Assembly (NCBI GenBank): GCA_900770725.1
Contig: CAAGLL010000013.1
Location: 23,332 to 87,331, forward strand
DNA: 64,000 nt
Source: an uncultured Succinivibrio sp.
GTDB lineage: Bacteria > Pseudomonadota > Gammaproteobacteria > Enterobacterales > Succinivibrionaceae
Direction of reading: 5' to 3'
Of the stretch, positions 1 through 8,842 are shown one piece after another (the first letter of the stretch is position 1; the number at the start of each line of letters is the position of its first letter). The notes under the pieces are model-generated. The model made no database searches and had not been told where the DNA came from. It worked only from the letters and a program-made list of their open reading frames with translations. Position numbers and translations under genes: made by a program.

Positions 1-2
1 CC

Positions 3-1388
3 GACGTGCTGCTCCTGGACGAGCCCACCAACCACCTGGACATCGAGACCATCGACTGGGTCGAGGGCTTCGTCAACTTGTTCCGCGGCACCGTGATCTT
101 CATAACGCACGACCGCCAGTTCGCCGACGACTGCGCCACGCGCATCGTAGAGCTCGACCGCGGCAAGCTCTACTCCTACCCGGGCTCCTTCAACAAGTAC
201 CTCGAGCTCCGCGAGGAGCGCTTCCGCATGGAGGATCTCAAGAACCGCGAGTTCGACCGCGTGCTCTCCGAGGAGGAGGCGTGGATCCGCCGCGGCGTCA
301 AGGCACGCCTTGCGCGCAACGAGGGCCGCGTGCGCGACCTCGAGGCGATGAGGCTCCAGCGCGCCCAGAGGCGCGACCGCACCGGCAAGGTGATCATGCA
401 GGTCAACGAGGCCGACCGCACCGGCAACATCGTCTTCGATCTGCGCGACGTCAGCGTCTCATTCGATGGCCGCACCATCATCAAGCCCTTCTCGGCAACC
501 GTGATGCGCCACGACCGCATCGGCATAGTCGGACCCAACGGCGCCGGCAAGACCACGCTCATCCGCTGCATCCTAGGCGAGCTCAAGCCCACCCATGGCT
601 ACATCCGCACCGGCATGAACGTGCAGCCAATCTACTTCGACCAGTACCACGAGCAGCTCAATCCGCAGAAGACCGTCGCCGAGAACGTCGCCGACGGCCA
701 CACCGAGGTGATCATCAACGGCAAGAGCAAGCACGTGATCTCCTACCTCTCCAACTTCCTGTTCACCGGAAGGCGCGCCCGCTCGCCGGTCTCCGTGCTC
801 TCAGGCGGCGAGAAGAACCGCCTGCTCCTGGCGCGGCTCTTTGCCAGGCCCTCGAACGTGCTGGTGATGGACGAGCCCACGAACGATCTCGATCTCGAGA
901 CGCTCGACCTGCTTGAGGATCTCGTCTCCTCGTACCCGGGAACCGTGGTGGTCATCAGCCACGATCGCCGTTTCATCGACCATGTCGCCACCGAGACCTG
1001 GGTCTTCGACGGGCTGGGCGGCATCGAGGACGTCGTGGGCGGCTGGCGCGACGTGCTCGCCTACTACGAGCGCGTCAAGAAGCCCGCCTCCCCCGAGCAG
1101 AAGTCCGCCCGCGCCGCCGCCGAGAAGGAGCGTCCGCCCAAGCGCGAGAAGCGCAAGGGCCTTACTTTCACAGAGGAGCATGAGCTAGGCGAGATCCCCG
1201 CCAAGGTCGAGAAGATGGAGGCGGATCTCGCCGCGCTTGACGCCGAGCTTGCCGATCCGTCGCTATACGCCGACGGCGGGGCCAAGGCCGCAGATCTCGT
1301 GAAGAAGCGCGAGGAGGCCCAGAAGGCCCTGGACGCGGCCTACGCGAGGTGGGAGGCGCTTGAGGAGAAGGCCGGGGAGGGCAAATGA
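3..1388 (+). CDS. uup: ABC-F family ATPase Uup, 5'-truncated by window edge
   Basis: Two Walker B motifs (LLLDEPTN, LVMDEPTN), Walker A GPNGAGKT, LSGGEKNR signature, linker EEAWIRRGVKAR, C-terminal coiled coil ending YARWEALE. Confidence 0.92.
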   Translation, partial: DVLLLDEPTNHLDIETIDWVEGFVNLFRGTVIFITHDRQFADDCATRIVELDRGKLYSYPGSFNKYLELREERFRMEDLKNREFDRVLSEEEAWIRRGVKARLARNEGRVRDLEAMRLQRAQRRDRTGKVIMQVNEADRTGNIVFDLRDVSVSFDGRTIIKPFSATVMRHDRIGIVGPNGAGKTTLIRCILGELKPTHGYIRTGMNVQPIYFDQYHEQLNPQKTVAENVADGHTEVIINGKSKHVISYLSNFLFTGRRARSPVSVLSGGEKNRLLLARLFARPSNVLVMDEPTNDLDLETLDLLEDLVSSYPGTVVVISHDRRFIDHVATETWVFDGLGGIEDVVGGWRDVLAYYERVKKPASPEQKSARAAAEKERPPKREKRKGLTFTEEHELGEIPAKVEKMEADLAALDAELADPSLYADGGAKAADLVKKREEAQKALDAAYARWEALEEKAGEGK

Positions 1389-2263
1389 CCGTCTACATAT
1401 CGCCGATCGATCTGCATTCGCACTCCAAGGCCTCCGACGGGTCGCTGAGCCCCGCCGAGCTCGTCGCGAGGGCCAGGGAGCGCGGGGTTACCATGCTCGC
1501 GCTCACCGACCACGACACGGTGGGCGGGGTGGAGCAGGCCGCCGAGGCCGCGTCAAAGCTCGGGGTCACGCTCATCCCGGGCTGCGAGATCTCGACCACC
1601 TGGCTCAACCGCCAGATCCACGTCGTGGGGCTTTATTTGGACATCCGCAATGCAGGCCTTGAGGCCTTCCTGGCGGGGCAGAGGCAGCGCCGCATCGAGC
1701 GCGCCCAGGCCATCGGGCGCAAGCTCGAGCGCCAGGGCTTCCACGACGCCTACCAGCGCTGCCTTGAGCGCGCCGACGACGGCGCGAACATCACGCGCGG
1801 CAACTTTGCGCGCTTCATCTTCGAGGAGGGTAAGGCGCAGAGCATCGACGACGCCTTCAATGCCTACCTCAAGAAGGGCCGCTCGTGCTATGTCTCGACC
1901 CGCTGGGTGGACATACGGCAGGCGGTGGACGCCATCCATGGCGCGGGGGGAGTGGCGGTGCTCGCCCACCCCAGGCGCTACGATCTCACCAACACCAAGC
2001 TGCGCGAGCTCATCGCCTACTTCAAGGAGTGCGGCGGCGAGGCGATGGAAGTCGCCTCATGCCAGCAGCGCCCCTGCGACCGCGACTTCCTGGCCGAGCT
2101 CGCCTCCGACAACGGCCTGCTCGCCTCGCAGGGTTCGGACTTCCACCAGGCCTCGCCCTGGCGCGACCTGGGGCACAACTTAAAGCTGCCCGAGGGATTG
2201 AAGCCGGTGTGGGAGTGCCCGCAGGCGCGCAAGTTCCTTGCTGCGGCTCCAAAAGCCATGTGA
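1385..2263 (+). CDS. yciV: PHP-domain nuclease/phosphatase (YciV/TrpH, RNase AM-like)
   Basis: DLHSHSKASDG, LTDHD, LAHP, GSDFH motifs; precedes yciO as in other Gammaproteobacteria; ATGA overlap with uup. Confidence 0.85.
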   Translation: MTVYISPIDLHSHSKASDGSLSPAELVARARERGVTMLALTDHDTVGGVEQAAEAASKLGVTLIPGCEISTTWLNRQIHVVGLYLDIRNAGLEAFLAGQRQRRIERAQAIGRKLERQGFHDAYQRCLERADDGANITRGNFARFIFEEGKAQSIDDAFNAYLKKGRSCYVSTRWVDIRQAVDAIHGAGGVAVLAHPRRYDLTNTKLRELIAYFKECGGEAMEVASCQQRPCDRDFLAELASDNGLLASQGSDFHQASPWRDLGHNLKLPEGLKPVWECPQARKFLAAAPKAM

Positions 2264-2404
2264 CACAAGCAAACCTATCCTATACTTGACGCATGGGAGG
2301 CTGGGCTGCAGGCCCGGCCATTTAATTGCCAGCAGGCTTTGCGCCTTGCTGGCAACTCAACCTTGAAATACAACACGACAGAAAGAACCATTCAGGTAAA
2401 GCAC

Positions 2405-3037
2405 ATGGAAGCCCAGTACATCACCGTCCATCCGGACAACCCGCAAAAGCGCTTCGTAACGCAGATCTGCGGGATCCTGGACAAGGGCGGCGTCGGGGTG
2501 ATCCCCACCGATTCGGCCTACGCCCTCTGCTGCAAGCTTGAGCAGAAGGACGCGGTCGAGCGCATCGCCCGCATCAGGGAGATCAGCCGCAAGCACAACT
2601 TCACGCTGCTCACGCGCGACCTCTCCGAGCTGTCCACCTACGCCCGCGTGGACAACAGCGTCTTCCGCCTCATCAAGAACAACATCCCCGGCCCCTACAC
2701 CTTCATCCTGCGCGCGACCAAGGAAGTGCCGCGCAGGCTCATGAACGAGAAGCGCCGCACCATCGGGCTGAGGGTGCCGGACAACGCCATCTGCGCAGCC
2801 GTGCTCGAGGAGCTTGGGGAGCCCTTGATGAGCTGCACGCTCATCATGCCGGGCGACGATGAGCCGCTGTCCGATCCGGTCGAGATCCACAACCGCCTCT
2901 CGAAGCTCGTGGACGTGATCATCGACGGCGGCGTGGTCGAGCCCAGGCCGACCACGGTGATCCGCTTTGACAACGACGACGGGGATCCGGTCATAAGGCG
3001 CGTGGGCGCCGGCGATCCCTCCCCGTTTGAGCCGTGA
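2405..3037 (+). CDS. yciO: Sua5/YciO/YrdC family protein
   Basis: HPDNPQKR, IPTDSAYAL, HNFTLL, PGPYTFIL, TIGLRVP motifs; start set to ATG 2405. Confidence 0.88.
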   Translation: MEAQYITVHPDNPQKRFVTQICGILDKGGVGVIPTDSAYALCCKLEQKDAVERIARIREISRKHNFTLLTRDLSELSTYARVDNSVFRLIKNNIPGPYTFILRATKEVPRRLMNEKRRTIGLRVPDNAICAAVLEELGEPLMSCTLIMPGDDEPLSDPVEIHNRLSKLVDVIIDGGVVEPRPTTVIRFDNDDGDPVIRRVGAGDPSPFEP

Positions 3038-3047
3038 GGAGATGCTC

Positions 3048-3656
3048 ATGCGCATAAGTGCACTGGCAATCGCAGGGTGGATCCTAAGCGGCGTCCTGGC
3101 CGCGGCATCGGCGGCGCCCGCCGCCCGCGGCCCCGAGGAGGTCTCGCTTGACGCTGCCGCGCCGGAGCCTGACGCCGCCCCCCAGGTGCAGCAGGCGGCA
3201 CCGCCTCCAAAGGACGGGGCAGATGAGGATGACTCGCTGCTTGACGACGAGCGCGCCAGGCTGCGCGAGGAGCTGCTGCGCGATCGCGCAGCCGACTTCA
3301 AGTCGCGCTCCATCCAGACCTCGGCAGGGGAGAGCGAGCGCATGCGCCTTGGGCTCCAGCAGGCCAACCGCAAGCGCGCCGAGGAGCGCGGGCGCGCCAT
3401 TCTGGCCGAGCGCGGGGAATCCAGCGGCGAGGCCACCGAGGAGGCCAAGGAGGTCAGCGCCTGGGCCCGCAAGGAGCAGCTGACCGATCAGGAGCGCGCC
3501 CGCCGCGCCGCCCAGGGCAACGCGCTTGCCAGCAAGCGCCAGGGCTACAACAGCATGGTCAACGGCATGCAGGCCTGGGCCTCGGGCCAGGACGTCTCCA
3601 AGGCCAGGAAGGAGCAGCGCTCCAGGACGGGAAAGAACGATGGCGGCGAGCAATGA
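3048..3656 (+). CDS. Hypothetical exported protein with coiled-coil region
   Basis: GAGGAG then ATG 3048; N-terminal signal-like hydrophobic stretch; R/E/A-rich helical body; host-like codons. Confidence 0.65.
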   Translation: MRISALAIAGWILSGVLAAASAAPAARGPEEVSLDAAAPEPDAAPQVQQAAPPPKDGADEDDSLLDDERARLREELLRDRAADFKSRSIQTSAGESERMRLGLQQANRKRAEERGRAILAERGESSGEATEEAKEVSAWARKEQLTDQERARRAAQGNALASKRQGYNSMVNGMQAWASGQDVSKARKEQRSRTGKNDGGEQ

Positions 3657-3778
3657 GTGCTCCGCAAAGGGCGCTGCGATCAATTGCGTTGAAAACGTAT
3701 TTTCATGGGAGAAGCCGTTGCATTTGCAACGGCTTTGGCTGCTTTGGGAGCGCACCGCAAGATCCCATAAAATATAAA

Positions 3779-3800
3779 AAATCTGATCGACCTCACAATA
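3779..3800. promoter_or_regulatory. CRP-like binding site upstream of the GGDEF pair
   Basis: AAA-TCTGA-TCGACC-TCACA-ATA versus consensus AAA-TGTGA-N6-TCACA-TTT. Confidence 0.55.
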
Positions 3801-3934
3801 GGCTAGAATAGCCTTGAACAGGAGCCATCGGTTTTCAGGAGCCGATGCCGTGGAGGCTTTGCCAAAGCCGCTATGAAAGCGTCCGCTGGAAATCTCCTTA
3901 ATCCAGTGTCACGGGAACGCCCGCTAAAGAGCCC

Positions 3935-5137
3935 ATGATCAGCCTAATCCAGATCCACATAGACGTGATGTGCGTCATCGTGCTGGGGATCTGCTTCTTC
4001 ATATTCAGGTCGAACAAGGACCAGATGTCCAAGAACCTGGTCCGCTGCAACCAAGTCCTGATCATCGCCTGCGCCTTCGACATGTCGCGCTGCGTGACCC
4101 AGTACATGGACTGGGCCACCGGGTACTTCTTCAGCCTCGAGCTCCTGTTCTCGGCCTTTGCCGCGGCAGCCTGCTTCTGGATGCGCTTCACCGCCGCCCA
4201 GGCCTTCTTAAAGCTCCCGCAGGGCTTCTCCTGGCGCAACATCCTGCTCATGGCCCCGCTTTGCCTCTATGTCGCCTTCTGCATGACCGACTACTGGCAC
4301 CGGTACATGTTCTCGGTGGCCGCAAACAGCTCGCTGGTGCGCACCCCGCTGTTCTTCCTGCTGGGGGTGGCGTGCTTCGGCTACCTCTTCACCGCGCTCC
4401 TCATCGCAGGCTACCAGTACCTCCTGGGCGAGTCCTCCGAGCAGCGCCACAAGGGGCAGGTGCTCTTCATCTTCACCTCCGGCACCATCCTGGGCGGGGC
4501 GATGCAGTACGTCACCAACATGCAGTGGACGCTCGCCTGCTCGACCGTGTGCATCGTCTTCTACATCGTGACCGTGCACGAGGACATGATCTTCCGCGAC
4601 CACCTCTCGGGCCTCAACACTCGCGCGAGGCTGATGCGCTACCTCGGCGAGCGCTTCGCCCAGCTCAAGGCCTCGCCCGACGCCTATCTGCTCTTTTTGG
4701 ACATCGACAGCTTCAAGGACATCAACGACCGCTTCGGCCACCTGAACGGCGACCGCGCCATCCGCGTGGTCGGCAAGATCATGACCATGCTCTCGCAGGA
4801 CTACGGCGCCTTCACCGCCCGCTACGGCGGCGACGAGTTCGTCGCGCTGATCCCCAAGGCCGACGAGGGCTTCATCGGGCGCAGCACCGAGCTTTTGAAC
4901 TCCTACGCCGAGCTTGAGACGGCGAGCATGGGCTATGAGTTCGATATCTCGCTCTCCATAGGCGTGGTGAAGGTGTCGCTCGCCTCAAGCCCCGAGGAGC
5001 TCGTGTCCATGGCCGACGACGCGATGTACCGCAACAAGCTTGCGCGCAAGCGCCAGACCAGGTACTCGGACCTCAACCGCACGCAGCTGCGCGAGACCGC
5101 CTCGGGCAACGACAGCACCGAGGAGGAGAGGCTCTGA
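3935..5137 (+). CDS. Membrane-anchored diguanylate cyclase (multi-TM sensor + GGDEF)
   Basis: About 6-7 hydrophobic segments, then DHLSGLNTR, DIDSFKDINDRFGHLNGD, RYGGDEF. Confidence 0.9.
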   Translation: MISLIQIHIDVMCVIVLGICFFIFRSNKDQMSKNLVRCNQVLIIACAFDMSRCVTQYMDWATGYFFSLELLFSAFAAAACFWMRFTAAQAFLKLPQGFSWRNILLMAPLCLYVAFCMTDYWHRYMFSVAANSSLVRTPLFFLLGVACFGYLFTALLIAGYQYLLGESSEQRHKGQVLFIFTSGTILGGAMQYVTNMQWTLACSTVCIVFYIVTVHEDMIFRDHLSGLNTRARLMRYLGERFAQLKASPDAYLLFLDIDSFKDINDRFGHLNGDRAIRVVGKIMTMLSQDYGAFTARYGGDEFVALIPKADEGFIGRSTELLNSYAELETASMGYEFDISLSIGVVKVSLASSPEELVSMADDAMYRNKLARKRQTRYSDLNRTQLRETASGNDSTEEERL

Positions 5138-6339
5138 TGGCTGCAGCGATCACCGTGCAGGCCGCCCTGCTTCACGCCGAGATGATGTGCTTCTGCATCA
5201 TGCTCGTGCTCTGCTTCCTCCTGAACATCCGCGCGATCCACTCAAACGAGGTCGGGTACTTCATCAGGGTCTGCCGCAGGACGCTCGAGGTGTGCGCCGT
5301 CGCGCTCGCGATGGCCTTCGTGGAGATCCTCACGGCCTCGGGCAGGATCCACACGGCCTGGCCGCAGCTCATAATTCAGCTGTGCTACGACGCCATGTGC
5401 GCTTACCTGCCTTACTCCACCTACATGAGCGGCGAGAGGCTGCTGTTCCCCGAGCACGTGTCCAATGCCCGGGGCTATGCCAAGCGGGCGCTGCCGTTCT
5501 GGGCCTGCATCGCGCTCATCGCCTCAAGCGCCTTCACGGGCAGCGTGAGGGGGCTCACCTACAACGGCCTTGGCACGCAGACAGGGCCGCTAATGTGGTG
5601 CGTGGTCGCCGTGGAGCTACTGTATTCGCTGATGCTCCTGATGGGGCCGTTCCGCACCCTGGACAAGCGCAAGGCCAACCGCGAGTACTACAGCCATTTT
5701 GAGCAGACGCTCATCATGATCGCGGCGCTGTTCCCGATCATCTCCGTCATCTCAGGCGTGTTCATGGACCTAAGCGGGGTTGTTACCGGCTACACCATCG
5801 CGCTGTTCTTCATCATCGTGACCTTCCAGCAGCGCAGATCCTCGATGGACCAGCTCACCGGGATCAACAACCGAAACGAGCTTCGGCGCCACATGGAGAG
5901 GATCTTCGAGCAGAGTCCGTCCCGCTTAGGCGACAGCTACATCATCTTCGCGGACATAGACCACTTCAAGAGCATCAACGACACCTACGGCCACGCCGAG
6001 GGCGACCGCGCACTGGTGCGCTTCTCACAGATGCTCACCGAGGCGGTCTCGACCTGCCCAAACTGCTTCCTCTGCCGCTATGGCGGCGACGAGTTCCTCA
6101 TCGTCTACACGGTGAAGTCCGAGCTCCTGGTCAGGGAGCTCATCGCGAGGATCCAGGAGATCTGCAAGCGCGAGAACCGCATCTCAAGCGGCAGCTACCA
6201 GCTCTGCGTCTCGGCCGACTACATCCGCTTCAGGCCCGAGTTCAAGGACTACCAGGCCTTCATCAGCGCCGCCGACAAGCGCATGTACGAGGTCAAGCGG
6301 GTGAACCACTCCCGCGAGGCCGCCGAAGGCAATTCCTGA
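5137..6339 (+). CDS. Membrane-anchored diguanylate cyclase (multi-TM sensor + GGDEF), tandem paralogue
   Basis: Hydrophobic N-half; DQLTGINNR, DIDHFKSINDTYGHAEGD, RYGGDEF; TGATG overlap with upstream gene. Confidence 0.9.
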   Translation: MAAAITVQAALLHAEMMCFCIMLVLCFLLNIRAIHSNEVGYFIRVCRRTLEVCAVALAMAFVEILTASGRIHTAWPQLIIQLCYDAMCAYLPYSTYMSGERLLFPEHVSNARGYAKRALPFWACIALIASSAFTGSVRGLTYNGLGTQTGPLMWCVVAVELLYSLMLLMGPFRTLDKRKANREYYSHFEQTLIMIAALFPIISVISGVFMDLSGVVTGYTIALFFIIVTFQQRRSSMDQLTGINNRNELRRHMERIFEQSPSRLGDSYIIFADIDHFKSINDTYGHAEGDRALVRFSQMLTEAVSTCPNCFLCRYGGDEFLIVYTVKSELLVRELIARIQEICKRENRISSGSYQLCVSADYIRFRPEFKDYQAFISAADKRMYEVKRVNHSREAAEGNS

Positions 6340-6366
6340 GGCTTGACTTGATCCCAAGTCATCAGG

Positions 6367-6401
6367 CATGAAAACGCCGCCCAGGAGGCGGCGTTTTCAT
6401 G
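6367..6401. terminator. Bidirectional intrinsic terminator between convergent genes
   Basis: 15-bp perfect stem CATGAAAACGCCGCC/GGCGGCGTTTTCATG with 5-nt loop. Confidence 0.75.
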
Positions 6402-6418
6402 ATGGCTGAAGGCGGCTC

Positions 6419-7729
6419 CTAGGCAGGATCGCCGTCCCCGTACCACGCCACCATCTCATCCATCTCCAGGTCGACCTTGAAGGGGCAGGGGAGCTTCACG
6501 AAGTAGCCAGAGCCCTTGGCCACCTGCACCCTCTCGCCGCTCTCCTCGTCGGCCATTTGTGAGACGTCAAGATCCACAAAGCCCCTGGGGGTGAGCATGC
6601 TCACCCTCCCGTCCCCGAAGCGGTTCTTGACGCGCACGTGGATGGTGCCGTCGGGATCCTGGGAGGTGACCTGCCCGCAGATCCTCATCCTCCCGGGCGA
6701 CGGGGTGTTGGTCTCGTAGTCCTGCATGAGGTCGCACCTGCCGCCTTCCAATAGCGCCGTGGTGTAGCCGCGCGAGGGGATTGAAGATGCGATGAGGAAC
6801 GACTCCTGCGGGACCTCCTCGCCGCGGGCGATGGCGTCCAGGGCCAGGCGGTAGGCGCGGGTGATCGCGGCGACGTAGAAGGGCGAGCGCGAGCGGCCCT
6901 CTATCTTGATGGAGTCGACGCCGGTGGCGCAGAGCTTCCTTATGATCGGCAGCGTGCAGAGATCCTTGGAGTTCATGAGGTAGGTGCCGCCTGCGTCCTG
7001 CTCCATGCCCATCCACTCCCCGGGGCGCTTCTCGGCGTCCTCAATCTCGGTTGCAAGCGCGAGATCGTCTGGGAGATCCTCCGCCGAGCCGGCCTTGAAT
7101 GCCTGGATCCCGCGCGCGCGGAAGAGGTGCCTGCACGAGTTGTTGCAAGCCCCGGTGTTGGCGTCGCGCCTTGAGAGCAGGCCCGAGATGAGGCAGCGCC
7201 CGGACACCGCGACGCACAGCGCGCCGTGGGCGAACACCTCAAGCTCGGTGTCCGGGCACTCGTCCCTGATCATCTTGATCTCGGAGAGCGAGAGCTCGCG
7301 GGCGAGGATGCAGCGCTTGATCCCGAGCCTCGACCAGAACTTGACGTCGCCTGAGTTGACGGTGTTGGCCTGCACCGAGAGGTGGATTGGGATCTGCGGG
7401 CAGATCTCAAGGGCCTGGGCAATCAGCCCCGGATCGGCCATGATGAGGGCGTCGGGGCCCAGGGATGCTATCTCGCGCAGCTGCCCAGCAAAATCAGCGC
7501 GCAGGCGCCTTTCGTGGGGGATGGCGTTGACCACCGCGTAGAAGCGGCAGCCGTGCTCGTGGGCGTAGCGGATCCCGCCTTCAAAGTCATCCCTGGAGAA
7601 GCCGTTGCCGCGCACGCGCAGCGACCACCTGGGGACGCCCGCGTAGACGGCGTCCGCGCCGTAGGCCACGGCGCGGCGCAGCGCCAGCGGGGAGCCCGCC
7701 GGCGCGAGCAGCTCGGGGCTATTCCTCAC
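6419..7729 (-). CDS. U32 family protein, tRNA hydroxylation TrhP/YegQ-like
   Basis: PELLAPAGS, YGADAVYAG, HLSVQANT, FAHGALCVAVSGRC, CNNSCR, KIEGR motifs. Confidence 0.85.
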   Translation of the reverse strand: MRNSPELLAPAGSPLALRRAVAYGADAVYAGVPRWSLRVRGNGFSRDDFEGGIRYAHEHGCRFYAVVNAIPHERRLRADFAGQLREIASLGPDALIMADPGLIAQALEICPQIPIHLSVQANTVNSGDVKFWSRLGIKRCILARELSLSEIKMIRDECPDTELEVFAHGALCVAVSGRCLISGLLSRRDANTGACNNSCRHLFRARGIQAFKAGSAEDLPDDLALATEIEDAEKRPGEWMGMEQDAGGTYLMNSKDLCTLPIIRKLCATGVDSIKIEGRSRSPFYVAAITRAYRLALDAIARGEEVPQESFLIASSIPSRGYTTALLEGGRCDLMQDYETNTPSPGRMRICGQVTSQDPDGTIHVRVKNRFGDGRVSMLTPRGFVDLDVSQMADEESGERVQVAKGSGYFVKLPCPFKVDLEMDEMVAWYGDGDPA

Positions 7730-8630
7730 AGTCGAAGAGCTTGAAGAGGTAGGGAATGAGCTCGTCGAGCAGCGCGCCCTGGATCACGAGGTGGGACTGG
7801 AGATCGGCCGTGCGATCCTCGGTCTTCTCAGGCAGCGCGCGCTCGAGGTACTGGTCCAGGGGCTTCATGCGCTTGAGGCTTAAGTCGGATCCCAGCACGA
7901 AGAAGAGCTCGTCCTTGTAGGTGAGGGCTATCTCGGTCATGAGCTTGCCTGCCTTGATGTGGACTGCGATCTCCTCTGAGGTCAGATCCTCGCGCGAGGC
8001 CCTGATGATGCCGCCGTCCTCGTCGGAGCTCTTGAGCACGGTGTCGGCCCCCAGCTCGAAGAACTCGGGCACCGGGCCCTGGGAGACCCAGGAGGTGATG
8101 CGGTCCTCGGCTGCGCAGCGCGGCTGGGGCACGCGGGCTGGGAAGGTGGTGAAGGCCTGGCGCACCAGCGCTATGGCGGTCTCGGCGCGCTTGGCCGACG
8201 ACACCGAGACGGCGCAGATCCCCTTTTGCGGCTGGACGTAGACGAGCATGTCGCGCCTTACCGGGAAGGCGCGCTCAAGGAGCTGGTTTACGAGCGCGGT
8301 CTTGAGCGCCTCGCGCTCGTTCTTGCGGATCTCGCGCCCAAGCTCGGCCTCCTTTTTGGAGACGATCTCGGAGAGCTGCGACATCACCACCGAGGAGGGG
8401 AGGAGCTTGGCCTCCTCGAGCACCCTCAGGAACACCCCGCCTGCGGTCTTGAAGGAATAGGCCCCGGTGTCTGGGAAGAGCGGGGCGAAGCCTGCCGACG
8501 CCTTCTCGCCGCCCTGGCAGGGCCTGAAGGGCACGGACTGCACCGCAGCCTCGATCTCCTCGTCGTCCTTGAAGATCCCCTCGAGATCGGAAAAATCCCC
8601 GGTGTAGACGCGGGCGCTCTTGAACCACAT
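7719..8630 (-). CDS. rdgC: Recombination-associated protein RdgC
   Basis: MWFKSARVY start after GGAGGA; F.PC, KLLPSSVV, LLERAF, SSAKRAE motifs. Confidence 0.88.
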   Translation of the reverse strand: MWFKSARVYTGDFSDLEGIFKDDEEIEAAVQSVPFRPCQGGEKASAGFAPLFPDTGAYSFKTAGGVFLRVLEEAKLLPSSVVMSQLSEIVSKKEAELGREIRKNEREALKTALVNQLLERAFPVRRDMLVYVQPQKGICAVSVSSAKRAETAIALVRQAFTTFPARVPQPRCAAEDRITSWVSQGPVPEFFELGADTVLKSSDEDGGIIRASREDLTSEEIAVHIKAGKLMTEIALTYKDELFFVLGSDLSLKRMKPLDQYLERALPEKTEDRTADLQSHLVIQGALLDELIPYLFKLFDCEE

Positions 8631-8769
8631 GATGCTTCCTCCAGTGTTGAAAACCGCCACAATTCTAGCATGCGCCCACCGATCGGGCAGGCGCGCGCGG
8701 CAGGATGCCGCGCGGGTGCCATCCGCTTACGAAAGAACGCAAAAATCCCCGGCGCAATGCGCGGCGGCA

Positions 8770-8798
8770 TTGCCCTAGTGAATTGATAATGCTATAAT
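8770..8798 (+). promoter_or_regulatory. Sigma70 promoter of gyrA operon
   Basis: TTGCCC-17 nt-TATAAT with extended -10 TG. Confidence 0.7.
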
Positions 8799-8842
8799 CC
8801 TAAAGATATTTTTTACGTTTTAAGTTTGCGAAGGTAATACGA

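Noticed and set aside
3800..3938. c-di-GMP riboswitch or 21-codon leader ORF (3873-3938) before the GGDEF pair
   Set aside because: No GEMM two-hairpin consensus; the mini-ORF lacks a well-spaced SD
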